A stretch of 54,824 nt of DNA, counting the filler, from Dirinaria sp. TL-2023a (Eukaryota): NCBI GenBank assembly GCA_051941275.1. It is 2 parts of 2 records of this genome, joined end to end, with 100 filler letters (N's around TTAATTAATTAA, not from the genome) between each part and the next. Parts side by side here need not be neighbours in the genome. Positions count along the whole stretch, not along the records: positions 27,464 to 54,824 come from JAVEBF010000144.1; 1 more part is not named here. One strand, given 5' to 3'. A program made the translations under genes and the position numbers. Below, piece by piece: positions 38,101 to 50,275 of the stretch. The notes beneath the pieces were generated by a model. It saw only the letters and a list, made by a program, of their open reading frames with translations. It had not been told where the DNA came from and did not search any database. Each line of letters opens with the position of its first letter. Position 1 is the stretch's first letter.

Positions 38101-41100
38101 GCTGCTGGTTATGTATCAACGGCACTCGAGGCCGCGCGATTCATGGCCGAGGGCAAAGACATCCGTCTTCTAGAAGTAAGCAACTTCTCTATCCACCAAG
38201 CGGTCATGTTTGATAGCGATGGCACTGGCACTGAAGTCCTAATCGAACTTTCGCAAGTGACCCAACCTCATCCGGATAGTATCATAGCCAAATTCAACTA
38301 CTCAGCTGCTCTGAGTGGCCATACTGCAGATTTCTCCTTGGCGGCCGAAGGAGATGTAAAGGTCTATTTTGGGAGTTCCTCGACTCACCTACTCCCAGAA
38401 CGTGGGCCAACTGTCCCACACCTAATAGAAGTCGAGCAAATTCGCTTGTACTCCTTCATGGAAAGCTTGGGATACAATTTTACAGGTGCTTTCCGCTCCC
38501 TGTCCTCGCTGAGGAGAAAGCTCGGCAAAGCATCATGCGTAGCATCGAGAGCAGAAACCCGAGACGCGAGCTCACTGCTCGTCCATCCTGTGGACCTCGA
38601 TGCCGCTTTTCAGTCCGTCATGCTCGCCTACAGCTACCCAGGTGATGACCAGCTGCGGAATCTGCATCTGCCGACGAGCATCGCCAAGATCAGAGTCAAC
38701 CCAGCTGTTTTCACCTCAGCGGCAACACAAGAGAAGTTTGAGCATGTCGACTCAACCTGTAACCGCTCAGATAGAACAACCCCAGGATCAGGATTTTCAG
38801 GACATGTTAGTATCTATACCAACGGCTATACGAGTGCAGCGATTCAAGTAGACAAAGTCAAATTCAAGCCTCTTGGGACGGCTGCAAATAGCGATCGCAA
38901 TGTCTTTTATAAAATGCATTGGGTTCCAAGCGCGCCAAATGGCATGACAGCTGCGAAAGGTATTCCAGTGACACAAGATGATACTGATTTGCTGTGGGTG
39001 CTAAATCGGATTGCTTCATATTATTTGAGAAGGTTCGATGAGGATGTTCCGGAGGATGCGCCTGCGAGGGTCGAAAGCCCGCTCTGTCATTACCTGAATT
39101 ATGCAAGACACACGACGCGGCTTCTGAAGACTGGCGAACACAAATATGCGAATCAGCAGTGGGTTCATGATACCTTAGATGACGTGATGGAAGAGGTGAA
39201 AGCAAAACAGTCAGTCCCAGTCCCTAGTCCCTAGCGAATTTTGATCTGTATAAGTCCTAACCACAATGTCACCTTCAGTGTCAGCGATAATTCTGACGTA
39301 AAGATCATGCTCTTGGTCGGTGAAATCATGCCTCGGGTCTTCAAGGGTGAGACAACGATGTTGGAGCATTTCCGTTCCTCAGGCCTGTTGGACGAATACT
39401 ATGCGCACGGCTTTGGAGTTATGCAAGCTTCTTTGTGGCTTGGTCAAGCTGTACAACAGATTACAGATCGAAATCCACACCTGAGCCTTTTGGAGTTAGG
39501 TACGTATCCCGACGTCCCTGCTTCGACGTAGTTGCACAATTTCATTTGCATCGCTGTGATGTCAGGGTTTCCACAAGGAATCGTATGCTGAGATCAGATA
39601 TCCAGGTGCTGGTACTGGCGGTGCCACAAAGAATATCCTGCCCGCTATTGGGCATAGCTTCGATCAGTATACTTTCACAGACATTTCATCAAGCTTTTTC
39701 GAGAATGCGGCCGAGATTTTCTTGCCATGGAGAGATCACATGGTTTTCAGAGTCTGTGATGCCGAGAAAGATCCGGCATCACAAGGCTTCGTTGAGGGTT
39801 CATATGATGTGATCATCGCATCCCTTGTCGTTCATGCCACGGCGAAGCTGGATAGAACCATGGGCAATCTTCGCAAGCTACTCAAACCTGGCGGTTTCCT
39901 AGTCATCGGCGAGGGAAGCAGTGATGGGCCCCTCAAATCAGGCGATGGGTTCATCTTCGGCGCTCTGCCCGGTTGGTGGCTTGGAGTGGAAGAGGGCAGG
40001 AATCTGTCACCGTTCGTCAACGTTCCTCAATGGGATGCGATCCTGAAAAGTAGAGGCTTCTCGGGGATTGACACGATGTCCCCTCCCCAATTCTTGGAAA
40101 CTTTTGGGCTCATTCTCTTCGTCTCCCAGGCCGTCGATGACCGAATAGAGTTCATTCGCGAACCAACCTCTTCTCCTCTCAGTGCAAACATAGACAACTT
40201 GGTAATCGTTGGGGGCCAGACGAAGGCTGTTGCTGATGCTGTTCGAGGGATAGAGGATATCTTCCGTGAACTTGGCAGCAGAGTCGTCGTGTATCCAACT
40301 CTGGAGGAAGTTGACCATACTACCATCGACAGCGGGTGGAGCGTGATCAGTCTCTCAGAGCTCGATGAACCAGCATTCAAAGACATAACATCGGAAAAAT
40401 GGTGCGGCTTCAGAAAGATGTTTGAGGTCGAAAGAACAGTGCTTTGGCTTACCAGCGGTCGGATTGAGGACGAGCCCTTCTCGAACATCATCGTCGGATT
40501 TGGGCGATCAGCCGTGCACGAATTGGACGGCCTACGCCTGCAATTCCTGGACATCCCGGATCCGAAAAAGATCGCTCCACGAAGTGTAGCCGAGACGCTC
40601 ATCCGCTTCCACCAGAAAGATCTTGAAAGCGATGATATTCTTTACACCGCAGAGCCTGAAATTGTGATGGACACTGAAGGACAGCAGCTGGTACCTCGAC
40701 TCCAGCCAATCTCGGAGGCTAACGATCGATACAATTCCATCCAACGCCCTATCGTACACGATATTAGTGCCAGTAGCACTACAATAGAGTTGCGGAATGA
40801 TGGCAATAGCTACAACCTGAGGGAACAGTCAAGGTATGAAACTAGGAACGACCTAGGAACTTCGGACTTGATCGAGATTGACACCACCCACACTACTTGC
40901 TTTGCAATAAAGACGACGGTTGGCCACAAGTACCTCGCGCTTGGCAGAGACTCGAAAGGAAGCCATTATTTGACCTTCAACGCTTCTCCGACCTCCAGTC
41001 TTAAGCTCCCGAGGGGACTCGCCGTACCTTGCGACCTTTCCAGCTTTGGAGAAGACGCCTTCCTTGCCATGGCTGCCGCTCATGTTACCGCCTCAGCGGT

Positions 41101-44100
41101 GATTGCCGCTATGGTTGCTGGCCAACGATTAGTGGTTCATAATGCTCCAAGCACAATCGCACAGGCCATCATAGCGCAGGCGAAAGCCAACGAGATCGAA
41201 ACCACTTTCATGTTAGATGCGACAGAAACAGTTGTACCACCACGCACTTGGAAGGTATTGCCCTTGTATTTAGGACATTCTGACCTTAGCGCGATCATTC
41301 CGGCCGATACCGCGTGCTTTCTCGGTCTTTCGAATGATAGCTCAGTGAACGAGGCGACGATTCTCACCAGCCTTTCGCCGTACTGTCGCAAAGAAACCGC
41401 GGACACAATTTATGCTCCCACTGGTATCCACAGTGGCTGTTCCTCTGCTTTCATCCTGCGTCAAACTCTAGAAACCGCCATTGCGTATATTCAAGAGTCT
41501 AAATGTACAGGAGAGGCTCGCTCGCCAGACACAGTCAACGTCGAGAGTCTTGTTAAAGGAAAGTATCTCACGGATCCGATGACCATCGTGAAGTGGAAAG
41601 CCTCAGACACACTTCCCGTCCAAGTCACCAGATTCGACATCAAGCCTCTTTTCAAGGAAGATAAAACCTACTGGCTCTGCGGCATGTCGGGCGCTTTAGG
41701 TATCTCGCTCTGTGACTGGATGGTTGATCGTGGTGCCAGGTATCTGGTGCTTACCAGCAGGAATCCCAAGGTCGAGCCAGCTTGGATTGCAGACCATAGA
41801 CGCAATGGAGTTATTGTGAAGACTATTTCATGGTAGGTGCCACAACAAGGATATGCCTGAGTGAATCACCTAATTACTAATGCTTTGCAGTGATGTGACG
41901 AATAAAAAGGCCCTCGAGGCTGTGCACCAGACTATCGTCGAAACCTTCCCACCAATCATTGGTGTGCTTAATGGGGCAATGGTTCTCCGAGATGTCTCTG
42001 TTCGCAACATGGAATACAACCAGGTAATGGATGTAATCAGACCGAAAGTCCTTGGAAGTCTGCACTTGGACCAAATTTTCCATGATGTGGAACTCGACTT
42101 CTTTGTACTCTTGTCTTCCATCAATTGCATCATTGGAAATGCAGGCCAAGCAAATTATTCCGGAGCCAACATGGGTATGTGCAGCGTCGCTGCGAACCGC
42201 AAGAAGCGTGGTCTAACTTCAACCGTCGTCAATGTTGGTGCCGTGATGGGTGCCGGTTATATCACGGAGTCAGACCGACAACTCGATGTGACTGTGGCAA
42301 AGATGGCTATGATGCACTTATCGGAAGAGGATTTCCATCAAATTTTCGCAGAGGCCATGGAAGCCGGGCACATGGATTCCCCTGTTGGGCCGGAGGTGTC
42401 GACAGGTCTTCTCGACATCTCATTCGATTCGGCCAATATTCCGAAGTGGTACTCAGACCCGAAGTTTGCCCACTTCATCGTCCATCAGACTGCCAGCAAT
42501 GATGAAAAGAAGGAGCAGACCCATGCTGCTTCCATTCCAGACCGTCTCCAAGCGTGTCAAACAAGACCAAATGTACTGCAGGTGATTCAACGTAAGTCTC
42601 GGCTGTCCTCACTCGATACTAAGAGTCCGCTGCATTGGAATTTGAACGCTAACGAGTCGATAGAGGCCTTTGCTGTTCAGCTCCGAAAAATATTGCAGAC
42701 CTCTATTGATGATGCCGGCCTACTATCGATGCATCCGCTGGATCTTGGCCTCGATTCACTAATCTCTGTCGACATTCGTTCCTGGTTCCTCAAAAACTTC
42801 CAAGTCAGCATCCCCGTATTGAAGATCATGGCCAACAATGTCCTGATGACAAATTTAACCGATCTAGTCGCTGAGAGCATTCCAGATGAGCTTATTCCCC
42901 AGGTCGGGGATCATGCGGAATCTTCATCAGCACCGGATAAGAATAGCACCGTCAATGTAACGGAGGCCTCCAGCGGATCAGTCAAGCCTACGACCTCGTC
43001 GTTGAACACGGCCGCTAGCAACTCCGACAGAGCTGATTCGCAGAATGGCAACGCATTCAGGAGCAAGGTTGACTGGAATGCAGAGTCAAGCCCTCCAGAA
43101 GCCGTTGCAAGGCAAACCTCCGCACAGCTACCCAGTGATCGACCGAACACTATTCTCCTGACCGGCGTGAGTGGTCTTTTAGGACACCACCTCTTGAACT
43201 CCTTGATGGAACAGCGCTCGGTCCACAAGATTATCTGTGTAGCGGTCCGTCGTCTTGCTGAGCGGCTTGAGGCACGACAACTTCCACCTCCTAGCAGTCG
43301 CGTAGAATACTACGAAGGTGACCTTCGCCAGCCAAATTTCGGTCTATCCGAGGATCAGCTCACTGCCATTTTTGCCGAGATTGATGCAGTAATCCATAAT
43401 GGTTCCGATACCTCGCATCTCAAATACTACTCCGCCGTGCGAGAAGCCAACGTGGGTTCGACACGGCAGCTAACGCGACTCTGTCTCCCACGCATGGTCC
43501 CCCTGCACTACGTATCATCTGCTGGTGTAGCCCTTTTTGCAGGACGGGAGGCCTTCCCCGAGATTTCAGCAACCTCCACAGGAAAACATCCACCGCCTGA
43601 CGGGGCGCACGGTTACATGTGTAGCAAATGGGCTAGTGAGCGTCTGCTCGAGCGGGCCAACGAGAAGTATGGGCTGAAAGTCTGGATGCATCGGCCATCG
43701 ACCATTGTTCGTGAAGGCGACGATGCCACTACAGAGAAAGCCGAATTTGACTGGGTCAATACGCTTGTCCACTATTCGCATCGTATTCAAGCCGTTCCTA
43801 GAGTCCAGCATACTAAAGGATCGTTCGATCTCGTCTACGTCCAGACTGTTTGTGATGAGATTGTCGAAGAGCTATTGAGCAACAAGCCCAGATTAAAGAG
43901 TGGCCTGACGTATCGAAATAATGTTGGCGACGTGGTTCTTCCCATGGACCGGTTATCGGATATTGGACTGCAGAAGGGCGTGAAAGAGCCTTATCAGGTA
44001 CTCCCCATGGAGGAATGGGTGCGGAAGGCGATGGCATCTGGACTGCATCCGGCGATCGCTGCATTGGTCGAAACGTTCGATGAGCCGGGTTCAGCACCAT

Positions 44101-44132
44101 ACCCGGCGCTTCTCAAAACAAGAGGCATGTGA
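35155..44132 (+). CDS. Iterative highly reducing PKS with terminal reductase: KS-AT-DH-cMT-ER0-KR-ACP-R (~2890 aa; exons 35155-39209, 39279-39499, 39606-41832, 41891-42591, 42664-44132)
   Basis: KS DTACSSSL/EAHGTGT/GHTEG; AT GHSSG; DH HQVQNQILFP; MT LELGAGTGGAT; KR GMSGALG..YSGAN; ACP LGLDSL; R TILLTGVSGLLG..GYMCSKW; no recognisable ER nucleotide-binding motif and no C/A domains; exon lengths sum to 8673 nt (in frame). Confidence 0.95.
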
Positions 44133-45074
44133 GGTAGTACAATGCGATCTCCTCTAACATAATGAGTTCGTTCAAAATTGGCTTGGCGTAGACTAGCGTC
44201 ATCAACATCGACGCGTACTCGTGACTGAGATTACTTTTGACTGTTGGGGAACGACTTGACCAGTTATGGCTCGAGTGGATGCAATTCCGCTGCGATTATT
44301 CTTGCGTTACATCACTCGATGTTTGAAGTTAGAGAAGTTTCTCTTTTCGTTCGATCGTTTGTACCTTAGTTTTGTCAATTGCTTAAATCAATTCTGTGAA
44401 ATGTGAAACGAGGACGCTTGAGTTCGTTTGTTGAAGCAAGTCGGTGGTGATGTGTATCGCAGCCACTGAAAGCACTACGAGTAGTTGAAACTTTGCCCCA
44501 TCGATGGCGACATTGTTGCTCGCCGCCTTGCTGTCAACCCACTTGATCGCGTCGAGTGGCGATGAACTGATGATGAAGTAGACGTACGTAGGCAACATGA
44601 ATAGGATTGAGCAAGGAAAGGTCTATGGTAGGTGAACTACAAACATAGGGTAAGGGGTTGGTGGCGCCTAACCCGCATACCGGGGAAATATCGGCCTATG
44701 GTAGGGCTGACTCCAACAACTGAATCATCATGAAAGTGTTGCTGTCAAATGATTAAGTGTTAAAGAACGTTAGGAAAAGAAGATGGCTTTGCAATTCTAA
44801 CGCTGAAGCATCGAGTTGTGGAAGAAGACATTGGCAGACGACAGTACCGTTGGCTGCGATAATCTGTTTCGCATCGGCAGATTCTACATACAAATTCTGT
44901 AGGAGACCTGTGTGTGTTTTGGTGTTTTTCCAATGCCAAGCGGCCGCAACGATTTCGAAAACGCTAATTATTTTGATGAGAAATTATTGCTCAAAGATTC
45001 GCAACACGTTCAATTTTGCAGCAATTAACTCAATGCAATACAATTGTAGATACTTCAAAATTATGCGCAAATTT

Positions 45075-45233
45075 TAGAGCGTGACTTTCTCTATAATTTT
45101 GATATGTACATTTATCTGCTCAGAGTCAAAGTGCACTGCGTACAATGCTGCGAAGTATACAAAATCGATCTTTTTGATCATCCGACAAAATCGACATTTT
45201 GCCGAATCGGACCGGAATTTGGCAACCAACGAT
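45075..45233 (+). repeat. Dispersed repeat copy 1 (similar to 53920-54054)
   Basis: tagagcgtgactttctctataatttt...gtatacaaaatcga...gacattttgccgaatcggaccggaat..gcaaccaacgat aligns with copy 2 at roughly 80% identity by eye, with a ~24-nt indel. Confidence 0.85.
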
Positions 45234-45522
45234 ACCGTATTGCAAGTGACGATGAATCCTTCCATTTGTGTCCTCTCGTTTCTATAGACCCTTTCTCTGA
45301 AATCTTGCATGAGTCATGGCTGCAGCCTGGCCCGCCCATGGCCTACAAAAGCCCAGTTTCTTGAGTCGATTGATAGCTTTTCCCTCGAAGTCTCATCTTA
45401 ACTCGTGCCTCCGACGATCTGAACCTTCTAGCCAAAGATTCCAATCGATCTGGGCTGCTGACACGGGCAAGCACTGCTCACACCAAGTGATTCCTACACG
45501 AGTAGGAAAGCAAAATTACTCG

Positions 45523-48099
45523 ATGGATACCTCTACAGCCCTCACACAGTCCATGCACCATATGACTACGACAAAGCTTACCGCTTTATCACAGCAGCAG
45601 CAACGCTACGAAACAGATAAATCTCTAATCCTTGAGGCAGTTGCCAGTAAAGGCGATACATGGGAGAAGGTGGAAGCTCTCTTAGATGGCTACGAGAAAT
45701 ACAAAGTCCCGGTACCAAGCAGTGTACTAGTAGCAAATATTCGGCGGTTCCTTAAGCAGTCTCGTCACGACCATTCGGTCTCGCCGGGCTTACTAGAAGA
45801 ATGGCAGACTACTCTGGAGCAAGCGTTAGACGTGCCATCCTGTAAATACAACCATGCCTCTTTGTTCGGCCGCTTGGTGATGGAATGGCTTCAAAAGGCC
45901 AAGGAGTCACCGTCGACGCTGTCAGAAAGCGAGGACACCGGCCCTTTCGAACACATAGGCCGAAAGGAGATGTACGATCAACGTAAGGAATGGGAGTCAA
46001 TTGTCTTCGCAGACGACTCGAAAGCCGACCCGGCCCTCATTGAGGCTTACCTGGCCCGCATTTTCAGCTCGATCTCACAAGCCAAGCGACTGACAAAGTC
46101 ACCCCTAGAGACCCTACGGGAAAATCTAGAGTCTTTCCAGTTAGGGGTCTTCGATGTCGACAGCCTCAAAACATGCATTTCGGGAGTTCTCAAAACGGAC
46201 TTACTCTCAGACTCGAAGAGGAAGACATTGTCTGAGTTCGAGGGGAATTCAATGATCTTACGGGAAATGGCCGACGTGTTGAATATGCAACTCGATGACA
46301 TCGATTCATGGGGCTGGGGCACTGAAGGAGTGTCGGTCGATGTTCGGAGAGCCCTGAATGGCAAATACCGTGTTTATATGGATGAAGAAATAATCCAAGC
46401 CCTGCTGCTACACTTCATCGGCATAAATTGGGCTGTTCATCTGAAGAATAAGTTCTTAGCATTCTTTAACTCTGGCGCTTGGAAGCAGTCTCCTCGCCAT
46501 TCCATGGATCGGCAGGCTAGGCAGAGACGGCAAGAATTCCTAGGCCATACTGACAGCAGCAGCGAAAGCGTCAGGAATGAACGGCGAGACAGATATCAAC
46601 GTGAGTATTTCCTGCTGCAACTACCAACATCATTACAAGTTCAGACGGACAATTACGACAACGCATCAGTCGAAGGTTATGGCAGGTCAGGATCGCCAAT
46701 GGCGATAAAACAATCACTCTTCCACCTTATTAGCACCGAGGCTTTGATCAATACTCGGCTCTATGGATCCTTTACTATCTTGCAGTCAGATTTCAAGTGG
46801 TTTGGCCCTTCGTTACCTCACGACACTATCTTGACCGTACTACGTTTCTTCGGCGCTTCTAAGAGGTGGCTCAAGTTCTTCGAGACGTTTCTCAAAGCGC
46901 CAATCAAATTTGCCATGGATGGACCTGAAAGCCAGACTAAGATCAGACAGAGTGGGGTACCAATACAACACCAGTTGAGCGATGCCCTGGGTGAGGCCGT
47001 ACTCTTTGCTCTAGATTTCGCCGTCAACAAGGCAACCGAGTCCAATCTATATCGGCTGCATGACGACATCTGGTTCTGGGGGGACAAAGATGCTACCGTC
47101 AAAGCTTGGCACACTCTTCGAGAATTTGCCAATGTTATGGGCTTGCGTTTGAACGAGGGCAAGACAGGCGCCGTCGAGCTTTCTGGCCATCCCGTCTCCG
47201 CACGGGAATTCAGCGCCTCTAATGTGCTTCCATCAGGGCCCATCTCGTGGGGCTTTATGAAGATTGGTCCCTCGGGAACGTGGACCATCGATGACGCTCA
47301 GGTGGACGCTCACACAAAAGAGTTGAGACTCCAGCTAGGAGCGTGCAAGAGCATCTTCTCCTGGGTCCAAGCCTGGAATGTCTACGTCGCCAGCTTCATC
47401 TCCAACAACTTCGGCAAACCGGCCAATTGCCTAGGTCGCCCGCATATCGATATGGTGATCGAGGCCTTCCAAAAGATTCAGAGCGGGCTCTTCGCCGCCG
47501 ATGGCCTAACGGGCGGAAACGCGATCGAGCACCTGAGAGCCAAGCTGAGTGCTCGATTCAACGTCACGGACGTTCTGGACGGGTTCTTCCTCTTTCCTCT
47601 TGACCAGGGCGGTCTAGGCCTAATCAACCCTCTCGTGCCGCTCTTCCTCGTCTACGAAAACAGCATACGTAATCCAACACACGAAATCGAAAAAGCACTC
47701 GAAGACGAGGAATCCAACTACGAACGCGCCAAGAAGGACTGGGCAGACGGGAAAGTCGACTCGACACACAACCGCCATCCTCCGCTCAGTGAAGAATTCC
47801 CGAGTCTTGATGAGTACACTAGATACCTCGAAGAGACGAGCGCGCCTCTGCACCGCGCGTATCAGAAACTAATGGATGTGCCGTCGGAAAAGCTCCTGGA
47901 TTTTAGCCCTGACATCGAGAGCGCGCAGAGATCGCTGCCGATTGGGTTCGGGGGAGGAGCGTATAATCGCTGGGTCGCGCAACTTTATGGGCCTGAGATT
48001 GTACGGAGGTACGGCGGGTTGGCGATGGGCGAGAAAAGGCTGCTGCCGATTGGGCTGGTTAATATGCTGAGGAGGGAGAAGGTTCGGTGGCAGAGCTAG
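45523..48099 (+). CDS. rvt: Cellular reverse transcriptase-related protein (rvt family), intronless, ~858 aa (in-frame upstream ATG at 45316 would give 927 aa)
   Basis: N-terminal TQSMHHMTTTKL coiled-coil start; RRALNGKYRVYMDEEIIQALLLHFIG; RT motif A QSDFKWFGPSLPH; motif B GVPIQHQLSDALGE; motif C YRLHDDIWFW; MGLRLNEGKTG; SIFSWVQAWN; FPLDQGGLGL; C-terminal WVAQLYG..GGL..LLPIG; no endonuclease, RNase H or integrase. Confidence 0.92.
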   Translation: MDTSTALTQSMHHMTTTKLTALSQQQQRYETDKSLILEAVASKGDTWEKVEALLDGYEKYKVPVPSSVLVANIRRFLKQSRHDHSVSPGLLEEWQTTLEQALDVPSCKYNHASLFGRLVMEWLQKAKESPSTLSESEDTGPFEHIGRKEMYDQRKEWESIVFADDSKADPALIEAYLARIFSSISQAKRLTKSPLETLRENLESFQLGVFDVDSLKTCISGVLKTDLLSDSKRKTLSEFEGNSMILREMADVLNMQLDDIDSWGWGTEGVSVDVRRALNGKYRVYMDEEIIQALLLHFIGINWAVHLKNKFLAFFNSGAWKQSPRHSMDRQARQRRQEFLGHTDSSSESVRNERRDRYQREYFLLQLPTSLQVQTDNYDNASVEGYGRSGSPMAIKQSLFHLISTEALINTRLYGSFTILQSDFKWFGPSLPHDTILTVLRFFGASKRWLKFFETFLKAPIKFAMDGPESQTKIRQSGVPIQHQLSDALGEAVLFALDFAVNKATESNLYRLHDDIWFWGDKDATVKAWHTLREFANVMGLRLNEGKTGAVELSGHPVSAREFSASNVLPSGPISWGFMKIGPSGTWTIDDAQVDAHTKELRLQLGACKSIFSWVQAWNVYVASFISNNFGKPANCLGRPHIDMVIEAFQKIQSGLFAADGLTGGNAIEHLRAKLSARFNVTDVLDGFFLFPLDQGGLGLINPLVPLFLVYENSIRNPTHEIEKALEDEESNYERAKKDWADGKVDSTHNRHPPLSEEFPSLDEYTRYLEETSAPLHRAYQKLMDVPSEKLLDFSPDIESAQRSLPIGFGGGAYNRWVAQLYGPEIVRRYGGLAMGEKRLLPIGLVNMLRREKVRWQS

Positions 48100-50275
48100 T
48101 GACTCTCTCTCTGCGCTGCTGATTAAGATGAAGACTTGGATCAGCGTGGAGCTCTGGTTGTTCTCACAAAAAAAAAAAAAAGAAAAAAAGAATTAAGAAA
48201 AGTGTCTCTTTCTCTACTCTACAGGGGCCGCAAAGGAAGGTGTAAGGACGGTATCGAAAAGAATTTGTCGCTCTCATCTCAGTTCAATCAGAGCCCTATG
48301 CCTTGTTGTTGTTATCAAAGATGGTTGTTAGTTAGCCTGTAAGATAAGAAGCTAGATAGTCACGTATGAGATACCCTTTAATCTTCATCGCCCTTTCAAT
48401 GGACATTCAGGAAGAGTCAGTCCCCCTTACCTTAGTGATTGAATGATAAGGTATTCACTGTAGTACTTACCAATGAAGGGCCGAGTTCTTTCAATAGAAG
48501 AAGTCGCTCAAGACCGGTGGGGGGTCAGTATAGCGGTGAAAGAGAAAGCAATTTTCCACTTATTCATAGAAAGATATCTGACCACAAGACTTGAACATTG
48601 ACAAGATAAGTAGTGAACAGTGGGGATATCTGTATGCTTTTATTCTTTATCATCAACAGGGTGGAAATCTATTTCATAATAATTTTTTAACTACTCGGAA
48701 GTCCCCAGCTCTCAGAAATCGTTAAGCAAAATGAAATAGGTTGTGGGAGGAATGTTCAAGCAGATGTGTTGGCCCCATGGTGTTGTACCTAGAGTGCTGC
48801 CTAGCACTAGCGTGGTTGCCTCGGTGAGTTCTACCTTATGTAGAACCCACACACACATACTTCATAGACTTTAGACAATGCCATGCTTCATGTATGCCAC
48901 CAAGTGCATTACTCAGTGCTTCAACGAGGAAAGGGACATAAATCACGAATAGATTATTTTTTAAGGCTACTAGTCATTGGGAGTATTGTTATTTTGACAC
49001 TTCAATAGAGGCTTAGAAGATTTAGAGAATTAGTAGACGAGAGAGAGCATACTGCAACAGCTTACGATACGTCGATTCTTCTTCTTCGGCGCATTTTAGA
49101 GAGAGAAAGAGAAGCAAGCTGATATACTTCAGGAGGGTTTTGGAGAAAGCCGCGCTGACCGAGTAGCTTTGCATGATATGGTTTGCCCACCCATAAGCGT
49201 TCATGACTCCGTCATGTGCAGAAAACGGGTTGTAGAGCAATAGCAAGATCACGGCCATGGATCATGAGCGTCTGTACATAGAAAAATGACTTTGTTGAAT
49301 TTAGGGAGGGAGTTGGAAAAATATAGGCTGTGTCGATACGTTCTGACTTTATGGAACGCGCGATAGAGGGATTTTGTGTTTCGGAATTGGGCGCGGAGAA
49401 TGAGACAGTCTTCCTTTGGAGGAAGGGCGGTTCAATACTCTGATGGATGGGGTGGACTATTTTGGGGTTAGTGAGAAATAAGTCGGCTTTTTCAGCGACT
49501 ACTGTCTCTTGAGTAGTAGTCCGTAGATCGATCTCTGACGCTACGCGGACAGGTTCTGTACAGATAGATGTACAAGAACCTCTCAAATAAGTCCAACCAA
49601 TTGGAGTTTGATCGAGCGAGACAAGTGCTGCCTTCAGATGAATTACTAACGACATGACCCACCGAAAGGAGGGCGGGATTCTCTATAATGCAGTGTTGCA
49701 GTGCAGCAGCGCCGCAGTTCTAACGCACTCTTCGAGCTGACTGAGGGGTGGCCGACCATTATGGCAGTTTCAGCTTAGATACATTAGACTGAGTTGGTAC
49801 TATTCCATTCATTAGTCAGCTGAAACGTCTTTTGAGTGGCTTCGATGTCGGTGATCGGAGTAAGGCCCATATCTCTTAATCGTCCGTCCCTTTTCCATTT
49901 TTCATGCCTTGCCTATGTCTTCCAGCATGGAATTCACGTGGAAAATTTGCGCGCAAGCCTGTCTATCAACAGAATAGAGATATTTCAAAGAACACGAAAG
50001 GGTAAATCTATGCACTGTATTGAGATCTAAAAATTAGATTATAGGTAGCATGCAGAAAGAGGATTCGCTAATTTTACCCATTACCGTGCCGAAACTTGTC
50101 ACTTTAGGCCAACATGTCGACATCATTTCTGAAAATTCCAGACCTGAGCTTGTCAAGAACATTAATGACTTCAAAGTAATCAGTTGAATGGCACACGCAA
50201 AGTGTCTCAAGCCTGCGCTTGCCCCAAGACTTAGAAACCTAGTCATCCGTGATCTTCGTACGGTCTGGCTCAAGC

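Noticed and set aside
45316..48099. Retrotransposon pol or group II intron RT
   Set aside because: No gag, protease, endonuclease, RNase H or integrase, and the motifs match the rvt class. The flanking direct repeats are short, lack TG...CA ends and enclose unrelated sequence, so they are not convincing LTRs.
49022..49655. 147-aa minus-strand ORF downstream of rvt as a partner gene
   Set aside because: No recognisable motif or splice structure; cannot be supported without homology or expression data.
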